Shown here: piece after piece, positions 1 through 7,765 of the stretch
Layout: each line of letters opens with the position of its first letter
How positions within the stretch are numbered: the stretch's first letter is position 1
Virus record (IMG/VR): IMGVR_UViG_3300036045_000513
Span: 1,201-65,200 of that record
From: a virus
Lineage: Duplodnaviria; Caudoviricetes
Length of the DNA stretch: 64,000 bases
Strand: one strand, 5' to 3'
Program-made: the position numbers and the translations under genes
Notes under the pieces: model-generated
Told to the model about the DNA's origin: nothing
Databases searched by the model: none
What the model saw: only the letters and a program-made list of their open reading frames with translations

Positions 1-321
1 CCTGTAAGCCCTGAGGATGTCGGCCGCGGTCTTGTCGCGGCAGCACTCCAGCAATTTGGCAACAGCCTCGTCCCTTGATGGCGCATCGCAGCCGTTCATC
101 GCTAACCCGGTCTCGACGTTTGTGACGCGCCAACAATCCACGACGGTCCATATTGGCGGGAGCAGATGTACGGCAAAGGTTGCGACCATCGCCAGGTGTT
201 CCACAGGGACGATTTCCGCCTCTACGACGAAGCGCCACGGGTTTGGGCTCGTGTACAGGGGGAGGTCGATCGTCATGTCTTGCCCGGGCTTGCCGGCGGG
301 GCGCGTGTCGGTGATTGCCAT
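1..321 (-). CDS. hypothetical protein, runs off the window edge
   Basis: ATG at 321 abuts the stop of the upstream gene; open frame MAITDTRPAGKPGQDMTIDLPLY... continues to position 1. Confidence 0.55.
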   Translation of the reverse strand, partial: MAITDTRPAGKPGQDMTIDLPLYTSPNPWRFVVEAEIVPVEHLAMVATFAVHLLPPIWTVVDCWRVTNVETGLAMNGCDAPSRDEAVAKLLECCRDKTAADILRAYR

Positions 322-690
322 CTACTTCCTCCTCGCCGCGCGCTTCTTCGCCGTGTTGCGGGCGATGCGCGGCATGAACGACAGATCTGCGGCGCACGAT
401 CCGAAGCCGATGTGCAGCGTCCATACCTCGCGGCCGTGGAGCATCACGACCGGCGAGTATCGGTCGTCAACTGTGACCGCGAATTGCGCCGTGATGGCCC
501 TCACAACCTCGGCGGGCTCGCTCGGGTTCTCCACCCACGGCACGCAGATCAAATCGAGATCGCGAGCCAAGCTGCCGTGCACGGCGAGTGCGTAGCCGTG
601 CGCGCGGACTACCCCGGCGAGTTTGGGGTACAGCGCAGCGCAATAGAGCGGCGCGTAGTTCGGCGGCGGCTTCTTCGACAAGTCGCTCAC
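322..690 (-). CDS. phage protein with a minimal nucleotidyltransferase-like motif
   Basis: YALAVHGSLARDLDLICVPW resembles the pol-beta GS...DxD motif; GTG start overlaps the upstream TGA. Confidence 0.65.
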   Translation of the reverse strand: MSDLSKKPPPNYAPLYCAALYPKLAGVVRAHGYALAVHGSLARDLDLICVPWVENPSEPAEVVRAITAQFAVTVDDRYSPVVMLHGREVWTLHIGFGSCAADLSFMPRIARNTAKKRAARRK

Positions 691-851
691 GCCAATTCGT
701 CCTCTGCCGGATCGAAGTCATCTTCGCCGCAGCAATCGTGGGCGCCGCACCCATCGCAATTCATGTAGGCGTACTCCTCTGTCTCCACTTGGCAATCGTC
801 GATGTCGCCGTGGCAGTAGCAGGCTTGCCCGCAACGGTAGCAGTCGTGCAT
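687..851 (-). CDS. 54-aa Cys-rich acidic peptide
   Basis: Manual translation MHDCYRCGQACYCHGDIDDCQVETEEYAYMNCDGCGAHDCCGEDDFDPAEDELA; coupled to both neighbours. Confidence 0.6.
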   Translation of the reverse strand: MHDCYRCGQACYCHGDIDDCQVETEEYAYMNCDGCGAHDCCGEDDFDPAEDELA

Positions 852-1103
852 CTACTTCCCCTCCTCCCCGCCGGGCAGCGACAGCACGATCACGCGCTGC
901 CCGATACCTGCCGGCCGTAGTTCGATTACGCCGGGGCGCGGCTCGCACATGACAGCGGCGTGCCCACGCTCGAGCGCCTCGCGCAGCTCGCGGAGGGCGG
1001 CAGCATGCCGCTCTGCTTCGACATCGCCAAAGTGGCCGGCGAACTCATCGGCAATCTTCGCCGCTCGCGCCAGTGCCTCGATCCACCGCTGGACGGGAGT
1101 CAT
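852..1103 (-). CDS. hypothetical protein
   Basis: MTPVQRWIEALARAAK...; ATGA overlap with upstream gene. Confidence 0.55.
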   Translation of the reverse strand: MTPVQRWIEALARAAKIADEFAGHFGDVEAERHAAALRELREALERGHAAVMCEPRPGVIELRPAGIGQRVIVLSLPGGEEGK

Positions 1104-1321
1104 GGCGCATCCTTCACCAGCGAGTAGCCGCCGCGCTTGCCGTTGAAGCGCTTGAGCGCGGCCTTTGTGAGCGGGGCGTAGGGGAAAGCGGTATAGGGCG
1201 CGCAGAAATTGCACATAACAATTTGCGCCTTGCCATCCTTTGCGTGAACGCCGACCACGCGCACATGGCGGTTGGCCCTAGGATCGTTCTCTTTCCACAC
1301 CTGTCCGACTTTGACCGTCAT
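1100..1321 (-). CDS. hypothetical protein
   Basis: MTVKVGQVWKENDPR...; GGAGG RBS, ATGA coupling. Confidence 0.6.
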   Translation of the reverse strand: MTVKVGQVWKENDPRANRHVRVVGVHAKDGKAQIVMCNFCAPYTAFPYAPLTKAALKRFNGKRGGYSLVKDAP

Positions 1322-1743
1322 CCTCCTGCTCCTTCCTCGCCGCCCGGGGCCTTCACCAGCACAAGCCCAGTATCGAACCATTCTTGTGGCCAGCCGGGGA
1401 TGTGCTTCTCCACCCAAATGCTCTTCTCGCCGGGGCCTCGCTTGTGTGGGTAACTCACTCGCCATCCGGCGTTTGCCTCGAACGACTCGCGCCCAAACGA
1501 GTAGTGGGTCTCCCACTTGTCGGTGTGGTTGAGGTAGACCTTCGCGAACCCGGCGCCGTGGCAGGCGCGCTGCACTTCCGCGGACAAGCGAAAGTCGGGC
1601 GGCACGCCATGGATTTCGAGCGAGCTGTCGTACCAATCCCATCCGAGTCTTTCGTGAGGCACATCGGCCAGTAGATCCAGCAACTCGCACTCTGCGTCGT
1701 GCGCGTCGAATAGCCTGTCGGCGATGCTTTGGGGCTGTTCCAT
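1318..1743 (-). CDS. hypothetical protein
   Basis: 141-aa ORF in a tightly packed leftward operon. Confidence 0.65.
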   Translation of the reverse strand: MEQPQSIADRLFDAHDAECELLDLLADVPHERLGWDWYDSSLEIHGVPPDFRLSAEVQRACHGAGFAKVYLNHTDKWETHYSFGRESFEANAGWRVSYPHKRGPGEKSIWVEKHIPGWPQEWFDTGLVLVKAPGGEEGAGG

Positions 1744-2088
1744 TTATCCTTCCTCGCCGCCCAGGTGGGCGCGCTCCATCGCACGCAGTTTCGCTTCCTG
1801 AGCGAGCACATATTCGTCCGGCGTATCGGTGTGCCGGTAGCCGGATAGCGCGAGCCCGATGTTGCACGCCTCCCGCAGCAGCGCCCGTGCTGCGTCGCGC
1901 TCTGTCATAGCCGTGATGCACTCCTGTTCCTCGTTTGCTAGGCGCGTGTAGGCGGCATCTAGCTCTGCCTGTAGCCGGGCGATCTCGGCGCGGGCGGCTT
2001 TCAGTTGCTCGCGCAAGCGTTCGTTCTCCTTCTCCTCGGGAGAGTCATAGCCTGACCACATCCCCCGACCTACGTTCGTATCGCTCAT
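1744..2088 (-). CDS. hypothetical coiled-coil protein
   Basis: EKENERLREQLKAARAEIARLQAELD heptads. Confidence 0.6.
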   Translation of the reverse strand: MSDTNVGRGMWSGYDSPEEKENERLREQLKAARAEIARLQAELDAAYTRLANEEQECITAMTERDAARALLREACNIGLALSGYRHTDTPDEYVLAQEAKLRAMERAHLGGEEG

Positions 2089-2705
2089 TCTTCGACTCCA
2101 GGCTTGGGCCCAGCGGCGAGTAGCGCCGCATAGAAGGCGCGCACAGTCAGCTCAATATCGCGTCGCTCGCGCACGCCCCAGGCGTGTTCATCCCAGGCGG
2201 CGACCATCGCATCGATCATTACTTCCGTGGGTTCGGTCGGCACGAGCTTCCACCCCTCCGGCGCCTGCGCGCTCTCTGCGCGACCAGCGTAGTACGCGCT
2301 TGCCACAAGGGCGCGGACACGCTGCGCGGCGACGCCAGACACCGAGCCATCTCCAGCGACCGCGGCGATCCACCGCTCAGCGTCTCGTTGCAAATTTTCG
2401 AGTGCCATCGGCTCGCCAGCAGGGGCGGACGTTGCCTCGGTCGCGGTCGGGCCATCGCGGACGTTTGCGATTTCGGCACGACTAAACAACCTGTCGTCGG
2501 CATCGCGGAAGTCTCGCTCGTCCTTGGCCGCGACCGCGGAGAGCAGCAGCGCGAGGTCGGCCGCAAGTGCCGCCATGCTCTTTGCCTTGTACGATGCGAG
2601 TTGATCTCGTGCGATGAAATCTCCAGTCGCGGCAATTGAGACAAGGTTTGCGAAATTCCGCACCCGCTCCACTGCCGCTGCCAGCGCGTCACGGTGCGCA
2701 GTCAT
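2085..2705 (-). CDS. phage accessory protein (Eaa/DUF551-like C-terminal motif)
   Basis: APEGWKLVPTEPTEVMIDAM...ALLAAGPKP motif common in lambdoid early genes; start uncertain (frame is open back to 3050). Confidence 0.55.
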   Translation of the reverse strand: MTAHRDALAAAVERVRNFANLVSIAATGDFIARDQLASYKAKSMAALAADLALLLSAVAAKDERDFRDADDRLFSRAEIANVRDGPTATEATSAPAGEPMALENLQRDAERWIAAVAGDGSVSGVAAQRVRALVASAYYAGRAESAQAPEGWKLVPTEPTEVMIDAMVAAWDEHAWGVRERRDIELTVRAFYAALLAAGPKPGVEE

Positions 2706-2801
2706 TGTCGTAGTCCACTGAAGTTGAGACGTTCTCGAAAGCGGCTTGGCGCTCTGCGGCTTCCTTGAATATGCGAGTGTGTGCTGCTTGTGATGCTGAC
2801 C

Positions 2802-2839
2802 GCAGAGCCACTTGCCATTCGCAGAGCCACTTGCCATTC
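2802..2839. repeat. 19-bp perfect tandem duplication
   Basis: GCAGAGCCACTTGCCATTC x2. Confidence 0.9.
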
Positions 2840-3028
2840 GTATGGAAGCGAGCTTTGAACGGGCAGCGGTGCGAGCGTGCGTACCAGTTGGTTCTCGTTT
2901 TCCCCAAGGATGCCCGAACAGGTATCCGCATCGCCGACAATAGGCGTAGTGAATCTTCCCGTCGCTGTAGTTGCGGTCCTGATGCCAGAACACGCCGCAT
3001 AGCCACTGCACCAATCGCGGGCGCGCCT

Positions 3029-3787
3029 TCATGTGCATGGCGTTGCCCATTCATCCCCCCCTCCGGAGGCATCGCCTCCTGTCTCCCTCGTCGCGCACAT
3101 CGCCAGCAGCGCGGGGCCGTACTGCTTCCAGAACGCGAGCGCTTGGTCGTCCATCAACTTGATCCGCGAATCCTTGAACTTCCGCCACTCCTCGAACGAG
3201 TGCAGCTCGCACCCGATCTGCATGTGCGAGTCGAGGATGTAGACCTGCCAGTAGTTCGGGATGGAGATGGCGATCGGCGCCCGCTGGATGGTGAGCGGAC
3301 CCCACTTGCAATTCTTCAGGCTTGCGCCGACTAGCCTTGCGCCGTCGAGCCTTGCGCCGTCTAGCCTTGCGCCGTCGAGGATTGCGCCGACTAGCCTTGC
3401 GCCGTCGAGCCTTGCGCCGACTAGCCTTGCGCCGTCGAGGATTGCGCCGACTAGCTTTGCGCCGTCGAGCCTTGCGCCGTCTAGCCTTGCGCCGTCGAGG
3501 ATTGCGCCGACTAGCTTTGCGCCGTCGAGCCTTGCGCCGTCGAGGATTGCGCCGACTAGCCTTGCGCCGTCGAGCCTTGCGCCGTCTAGCCTTGCGCCGT
3601 CGAGGATTGCGCCGACTAGCCTTGCGCCGTCGAGGATTGCGCCGTCTAGCCTTGCGCCGTCGAGGATTGCGCCGTCGAGGATTGCGCCGCTCTTTACCGC
3701 CGCCTCAACGCACAGTTTCAGCGAGCCGCATTCCAGCGCAAACAGCACGCGGCCATCCCATCGGGACTTGATCTCGAACATCGGCAT
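3029..3787 (-). CDS. pentapeptide-repeat protein
   Basis: Many GA(R/I/K)L(D/V) pentapeptides (15-nt period, about 3320-3690); C-terminal IGCELHSFEEW. Confidence 0.9.
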   Translation of the reverse strand: MPMFEIKSRWDGRVLFALECGSLKLCVEAAVKSGAILDGAILDGARLDGAILDGARLVGAILDGARLDGARLDGARLVGAILDGARLDGAKLVGAILDGARLDGARLDGAKLVGAILDGARLVGARLDGARLVGAILDGARLDGARLDGARLVGASLKNCKWGPLTIQRAPIAISIPNYWQVYILDSHMQIGCELHSFEEWRKFKDSRIKLMDDQALAFWKQYGPALLAMCATRETGGDASGGGDEWATPCT

Positions 3788-4044
3788 CAGTCGTTGCCTC
3801 CTGGCTGCATGGCGGCGTCGATCAACTCATCGACGTGATTGCGGACGAAGTTGACGGCAGCGGCGATGAGGCGCACGTCGCCCTCAGTCAGTCGAGAGGT
3901 GAGCCCGACAACGATGGCGTCCTTGCTGTGCCCGCCGAGCACGCCCCAACGGCCGTCGTCGAGATACTGCGATTCGGCCCACGGCCCCGGCGTAGCTTTC
4001 TCCGCCAGCTTCACGAGCGATTCGAGGTCGGAAAGCATGGTCAT
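3787..4044 (-). CDS. Ead/Ea22-like protein
   Basis: LVKLAEKATPGPW...LIAAAVN motif. Confidence 0.7.
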   Translation of the reverse strand: MTMLSDLESLVKLAEKATPGPWAESQYLDDGRWGVLGGHSKDAIVVGLTSRLTEGDVRLIAAAVNFVRNHVDELIDAAMQPGGND

Positions 4045-5048
4045 GACGGGTAGTCCCTCACGCGCAAATCTTCGGGCCACTCGGAGGGGTCACCGCCCTT
4101 GCGATCGCGCAGGTACACGCGCCAGTAGCCGCGCCCGGTGTCCTCATGGCGCGGCACCTCGAAGTCCGGCCAGTGCTCCTCGGCGTTCTGGTGGCCGTCC
4201 CAGGCGACGTGGGAGCCGAGTTGCTTGACGAACGCCGCAACACCCGCCGCCTTGCACTGGCGCACGATGTCGCGCGCCCACCGAACATCGAACGGCCGCG
4301 CGCCGGGGCCGGACTCGCCTCCGACGATGATCCAGTCAAGGCGCGCCTCCTGCTGCACGCCGTAGCCGTCACGCGACTGGCCGCGCAGTGCGTCGATGTC
4401 ATGCCGGCCACGTCGGACTTTGGTGAAATCCACGAGCCAGAGTGCCGGCTCGTAGCTAACGAACCGCACCGCCGCCGGCGTCTGCAGCAGCAGCGGGATC
4501 CGCTCGTCGGCGCGCTCTTGGTCCTCTACCGACACGCCGAGCCAGACATGGGGCAGAGGCCCAAGCAAGACCTTGCCGGTCGGAAACTGCTTGCCGGTGC
4601 GCTCCGAGTACATCTGTCGCGCTCGGCCGTCGATGAAGCCCCATCGCCCGAAGTTGTCCTCGGTCATGTAGCGCAGCATCCGCTCTGGCCGCTTCGTGAG
4701 TATCTGGAAAGTGTGCTGCGGGGAGAGCGCGATTGCGGCGAAAACTCGGTCGATGAAGGCGTCCGGCACGTACTCATGGAACAGGTCGCTCATCGAGTTG
4801 ACGAACACCCGCCGCGGCTTCTTCCACCGCAGCGGCGTGTCGAGCAGCTCGGGCACCAGGCGCACCTTGCCGGTCCACACCGGCCCGCCGCGCGAGAGCT
4901 TCGTCAGCCCCTCGTAGGGGGCGTCCGGGCCGCTGAACCGATGCGCCTGCTTCATCGCGTAGCAGTTGGTGCAGCCGGGCGACACGATCGAGCAGCCGCG
5001 CACCGGATTCCAGACGGCATCGGTCCACTGGATCGACGTTTCAGCCAC
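4041..5048 (-). CDS. phage Gp37/Gp68 (DUF5131) family protein
   Basis: TSIQWTDAVWNPVRGCSIVSPGCTNCYA, VFVNSMSDLFH, LTKRPER, WIIVGGESG, FVKQLG. Confidence 0.92.
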   Translation of the reverse strand: MAETSIQWTDAVWNPVRGCSIVSPGCTNCYAMKQAHRFSGPDAPYEGLTKLSRGGPVWTGKVRLVPELLDTPLRWKKPRRVFVNSMSDLFHEYVPDAFIDRVFAAIALSPQHTFQILTKRPERMLRYMTEDNFGRWGFIDGRARQMYSERTGKQFPTGKVLLGPLPHVWLGVSVEDQERADERIPLLLQTPAAVRFVSYEPALWLVDFTKVRRGRHDIDALRGQSRDGYGVQQEARLDWIIVGGESGPGARPFDVRWARDIVRQCKAAGVAAFVKQLGSHVAWDGHQNAEEHWPDFEVPRHEDTGRGYWRVYLRDRKGGDPSEWPEDLRVRDYPS

Positions 5049-5331
5049 GGTTCATCGCCTCGATCGTTGCTGCGAGAAGGTCCATCTCATCGAGTTTCGT
5101 GCGCGCGTAGAAGCTTTTGAGGCGGTGGATGCCGAGGGGGCCTTGATGATGTTGCCAGCACAGAGGCGTACCAAGCCAATCCTCTGCGCGCTGCGCTGCC
5201 CCTTCACCTTCGCGTGGGTGATGTATCTCGACGCCACCGTTGTTCGCGAAGCACTCCGCCCCGAAACCGAGTCGCTCCATGATGCAGCCGAGTTCTCGGA
5301 CTCTTTCCCGGTAGCGCTGCCCGGCGCTCAT
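5041..5331 (-). CDS. Ref-like (RecA-dependent) HNH-type nuclease
   Basis: VRELGCI...VEIHH.REG.G..QRAEDW..TPLC..HHQG..GIH pattern of P1 Ref homologues. Confidence 0.75.
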   Translation of the reverse strand: MSAGQRYRERVRELGCIMERLGFGAECFANNGGVEIHHPREGEGAAQRAEDWLGTPLCWQHHQGPLGIHRLKSFYARTKLDEMDLLAATIEAMNRG

Positions 5332-5735
5332 CTCGCGAGATACCCCGGCACCAGGCGCTCGAGCGCCTCGATCCTCGCGATGATCTCGGCCCGCCTCGGG
5401 CGGCCGTGCGAGAGGGCGTGCACAGCATCGTGGAGCAGGCCACAGTCGTCGAGTACATCGCCAGCTTTCAGGAGGCCGCCGGCGATCGCCAACTGGCAGA
5501 GGAACGTGAGCGCGTGGATGGCGTCGAGCGCTTGGCGCTTCGTAGGGCTGCGCCGACGGAAGTGGGCCGACGCTGGCATCGTTGCTGTGCCGCGCGGGTT
5601 CGGCATGTTGGACCACAGACCCATCACCGTTTCGCCGAGGCCGCGGCGCTTTGCGATGCGCCGGGCATGGCTCCACGAGCGCCCCCACACCTGCGAGCTG
5701 TAGCCGTTCGCGTACTCGGTGAGGTACCAGGGCAT
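5328..5735 (-). CDS. hypothetical protein directly downstream of the tas-like gene
   Basis: MPWYLTEYANGYSSQVWGRSWSHARRIAKRRGLGETV...; starts 2 nt after the tas-like stop. Confidence 0.65.
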   Translation of the reverse strand: MPWYLTEYANGYSSQVWGRSWSHARRIAKRRGLGETVMGLWSNMPNPRGTATMPASAHFRRRSPTKRQALDAIHALTFLCQLAIAGGLLKAGDVLDDCGLLHDAVHALSHGRPRRAEIIARIEALERLVPGYLAR

Positions 5736-5737
5736 CG

Positions 5738-6562
5738 CTATTCGTCGGCGACCGCCGCAGGCGCCTCGATCAGATGCGCGTGGTTCATGATCGCGATCGC
5801 ATAGGGCAGCACGACGGGCAGGCCGGCAAGTTTTCGCCCCGTTTCGACGTAGTGAGCCAGGAACAGCTTGACCGCGTAGCGCTTCGCGCGACTGTGCAGA
5901 TGGCCGTCGGGGAGCCTGCCATCGCGGTACGTCTTTGCCTGCGCGTGAGTCGGTCGCGCCGCCAGCACGGCCTTTGCCTGCTCCGCGTACTCGCCGCGCT
6001 CGTTCTTCTGCCCCTCGAGCTCGCGGCGGGCTGCGTAGACCTTGCCGTACACGTCGTTCGGGTTGCCCTTCACCTTCACGAAGCTCTCGCCGATCTTCCA
6101 GCACAGCGTCTTGAGGCTCGCGTTGTGCGGGCGCTTCTGGCCGCGCTCCCACCGCGATGTCGGATCAAGCCCCGCGAAACGCCAAACATGCCCGGCAGTC
6201 GGCGCTCGCGTGACGTCGATGTGGGCGAGGAGGCCGGCGGCGATCACCGGGCCGATTCCCACGATCGAGCGCGCCCACTCGCCGAGAGGCTGCGATGCGC
6301 TGTACCTGTCGAGCGCGCGGGCAATCTGCCCTTCGAGTGAGTCCGACTGCGTCGCGAGCCACGCGATCACGGTATGCGGCTCCCCGGACTCCGAGAGGGC
6401 TCGGGCTTGATTGCCGGCGCGGATGCGGTCGCGCTGCATCATGTAGTAGGCGTCGACGAGGAATCGCGCTTCGTCGGCGCTCAACGACGTCGAGCTCGCA
6501 GCAAGGTCGCGCGTCAGGCGCTCGACCGAAACGAGTGCTTCCGGTTCAGTGCGGTCGTTCAT
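5738..6562 (-). CDS. TasA-like Nop/IS110-related RNA-binding protein without a nuclease domain
   Basis: Coiled coil (YYMMQRDRIRAGNQ...LEGQIARAL) then IVGIGPVIAAGLLAHID...AGHVWRFAGLDP, N..LKTLCWKIGESF, HLHSRAKRYAVKLFL; no DEDD RuvC or HNH domain; adjacent to a dual-repeat array. Confidence 0.85.
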   Translation of the reverse strand: MNDRTEPEALVSVERLTRDLAASSTSLSADEARFLVDAYYMMQRDRIRAGNQARALSESGEPHTVIAWLATQSDSLEGQIARALDRYSASQPLGEWARSIVGIGPVIAAGLLAHIDVTRAPTAGHVWRFAGLDPTSRWERGQKRPHNASLKTLCWKIGESFVKVKGNPNDVYGKVYAARRELEGQKNERGEYAEQAKAVLAARPTHAQAKTYRDGRLPDGHLHSRAKRYAVKLFLAHYVETGRKLAGLPVVLPYAIAIMNHAHLIEAPAAVADE

Positions 6563-6564
6563 TG

Positions 6565-6897
6565 TGGACGCTCCTGGTCTCTGGTTCTCTCGGCGCTGCG
6601 GGCTCGCTCATAGATCATGGTGCACTCCGTCACCCTGGCTCGCTCACCTATCGTGGCACTCTCTGCGGTCATGACTCGCTCGCGCTGTCTGGCTCTCTCA
6701 TGATCAGTGGCTCGCTCTCGCCGACTGGCTCTCTCGTACAGCATGGCTCGCTCACCATGGATGGTTCACTTCGCCGCTCTGGCTCGCTCGCGGGGATTGG
6801 CTCTCTCGCATGGAATGGCTCGCTCCCGAATCGTGGCGCTCTCTGAGCCTTTGGCTCGCTCCGCTGATATGGCGCCCTCACAGTCTTTGGCTACACC
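6565..6897 (-). ncRNA. TIGR-like dual-repeat guide-RNA array (about 9 units of 36 nt)
   Basis: Exact 18-nt period from 6582 to 6888; repeat A GAGCGAGCCA alternates with looser repeat B GAGAGAGCCA-like; 18 unique 8-nt spacers. Confidence 0.88.
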
Positions 6898-7268
6898 TTG
6901 AACCCCTCACGCTTCGTCCGTTCGACGTAGTCGTCGGTGAGCGGGTCGTGCACCGCCTCGTCCTCGCGGGCCCGCTGGATGACCTCGATGCGCCTCTCGA
7001 TCCCGCGGCGGATGGTTTCCTTCGTGACGTAGTTCAGGATCCACGTCGCCCGTGCGAGCCAGATGGGAGGGCCGTCGCCCGGGGCGACGAACAGGCCCTC
7101 GCCGGACTCGTAGGCTTTGCGCTTCGCGGCGCCCAACCCGCCGGGGAAGTAGATCAGCTGCACCAGCGCCTCGTTGCGGGCGACATCCCACCCGACGATC
7201 TCGCGCTCGCCGTTCTCGTAACTGATTTCGGAGAAGTCGACGATGACGTTCGGCCTGATGATTCCCAT
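6891..7268 (-). CDS. hypothetical protein immediately upstream of the array
   Basis: GAGGAG RBS then MGIIRPNVIVDFSEISY...; stop codon lies inside the first degenerate repeat; alternative GTG start at 7406. Confidence 0.7.
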   Translation of the reverse strand: MGIIRPNVIVDFSEISYENGEREIVGWDVARNEALVQLIYFPGGLGAAKRKAYESGEGLFVAPGDGPPIWLARATWILNYVTKETIRRGIERRIEVIQRAREDEAVHDPLTDDYVERTKREGFKV

Positions 7269-7402
7269 GCGCTCCTCGACGAGGTAGGTTGCGCGCGGCG
7301 CGCGCTCGATGCAGCCGCGGACGTACTGGCGTGGTTCCTCGGTCGACCATGCGACGACAGCTGCCGCGCCGACAACAGCGCCAACAGCGCGGTCGCCCCA
7401 GG

Positions 7403-7549
7403 TCACGCGCGGGCTCCGGTGAGCCACGCCGGCATCAGCCGGCGCACCGCCGCGGCACGGCGCAGCCGGCGCTTCGCGCGCGCCCGTCGACGGCGATCGC
7501 CATCGGGATTCGCGCGCCGCCAGCGGCGCATCTCCTCGGCCTTGGTCAC
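7403..7549 (-). CDS. 48-aa Arg-rich peptide, possibly an N-terminal remnant of an HNH gene
   Basis: VTKAEEMRRWRRANPDGDRRRRARAKRR...MPAWLT; GTGA coupling. Confidence 0.4.
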   Translation of the reverse strand: MTKAEEMRRWRRANPDGDRRRRARAKRRLRRAAAVRRLMPAWLTGARA

Positions 7550-7764
7550 ACGTCGTCCTGGCGGGTGCCCTTGTACTTCGCGCGAATTTCACGGGCGAAG
7601 AACGAGCCGATGCTCTCGGCGCCGCAGCACTTCTCGTGCAGGTCCTTCGGCACCCCGGGGTAGTGGTAGGTCCCGCCGCCCTTAAACGTCACGGCGAGCG
7701 TTTCGGTGGCCTCGTCATAGCCGACGTGGGACAGCATTTTCGAGTCGACCTTGCGCATTTCCAT
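7546..7764 (-). CDS. KTSC domain protein
   Basis: VDSKMLSHVGYDEATETLAVTFKGGGTYHYPGVP...AESIGSFFAREIR. Confidence 0.9.
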   Translation of the reverse strand: MEMRKVDSKMLSHVGYDEATETLAVTFKGGGTYHYPGVPKDLHEKCCGAESIGSFFAREIRAKYKGTRQDDV

Positions 7765-7765
7765 G

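Noticed and set aside
3320-3690. 15-bp tandem repeat as a non-coding array, and its + strand ORFs
   Set aside because: Fully explained by the pentapeptide-repeat CDS on the - strand; no unique spacers
5738-6562. Active IS110 insertion sequence
   Set aside because: No N-terminal DEDD RuvC domain and no evident catalytic Ser motif; the gene is integrated in the operon next to a multi-spacer array
6295-6881. GSL-, SEP- or ERA-hexapeptide repeat ORFs over the array (6295-6846 +, 6669-6881 -, 6559-6744 -)
   Set aside because: By-products of the 18-nt period: repeat A is conserved at all codon positions, spacers vary freely, the longest ORF is antisense to the operon and overlaps tas, and none spans the whole array
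6574-6887. Self-targets of array spacers within the window
   Set aside because: An isolated 8-mer match (TTCCATGC near 54362) lacks the adjacent partner half-site and is expected by chance; an exhaustive search could not be run
6565-6897. CRISPR array
   Set aside because: Repeats of 10 nt and spacers of 8 nt are far too short, two repeats alternate, and no cas genes are present
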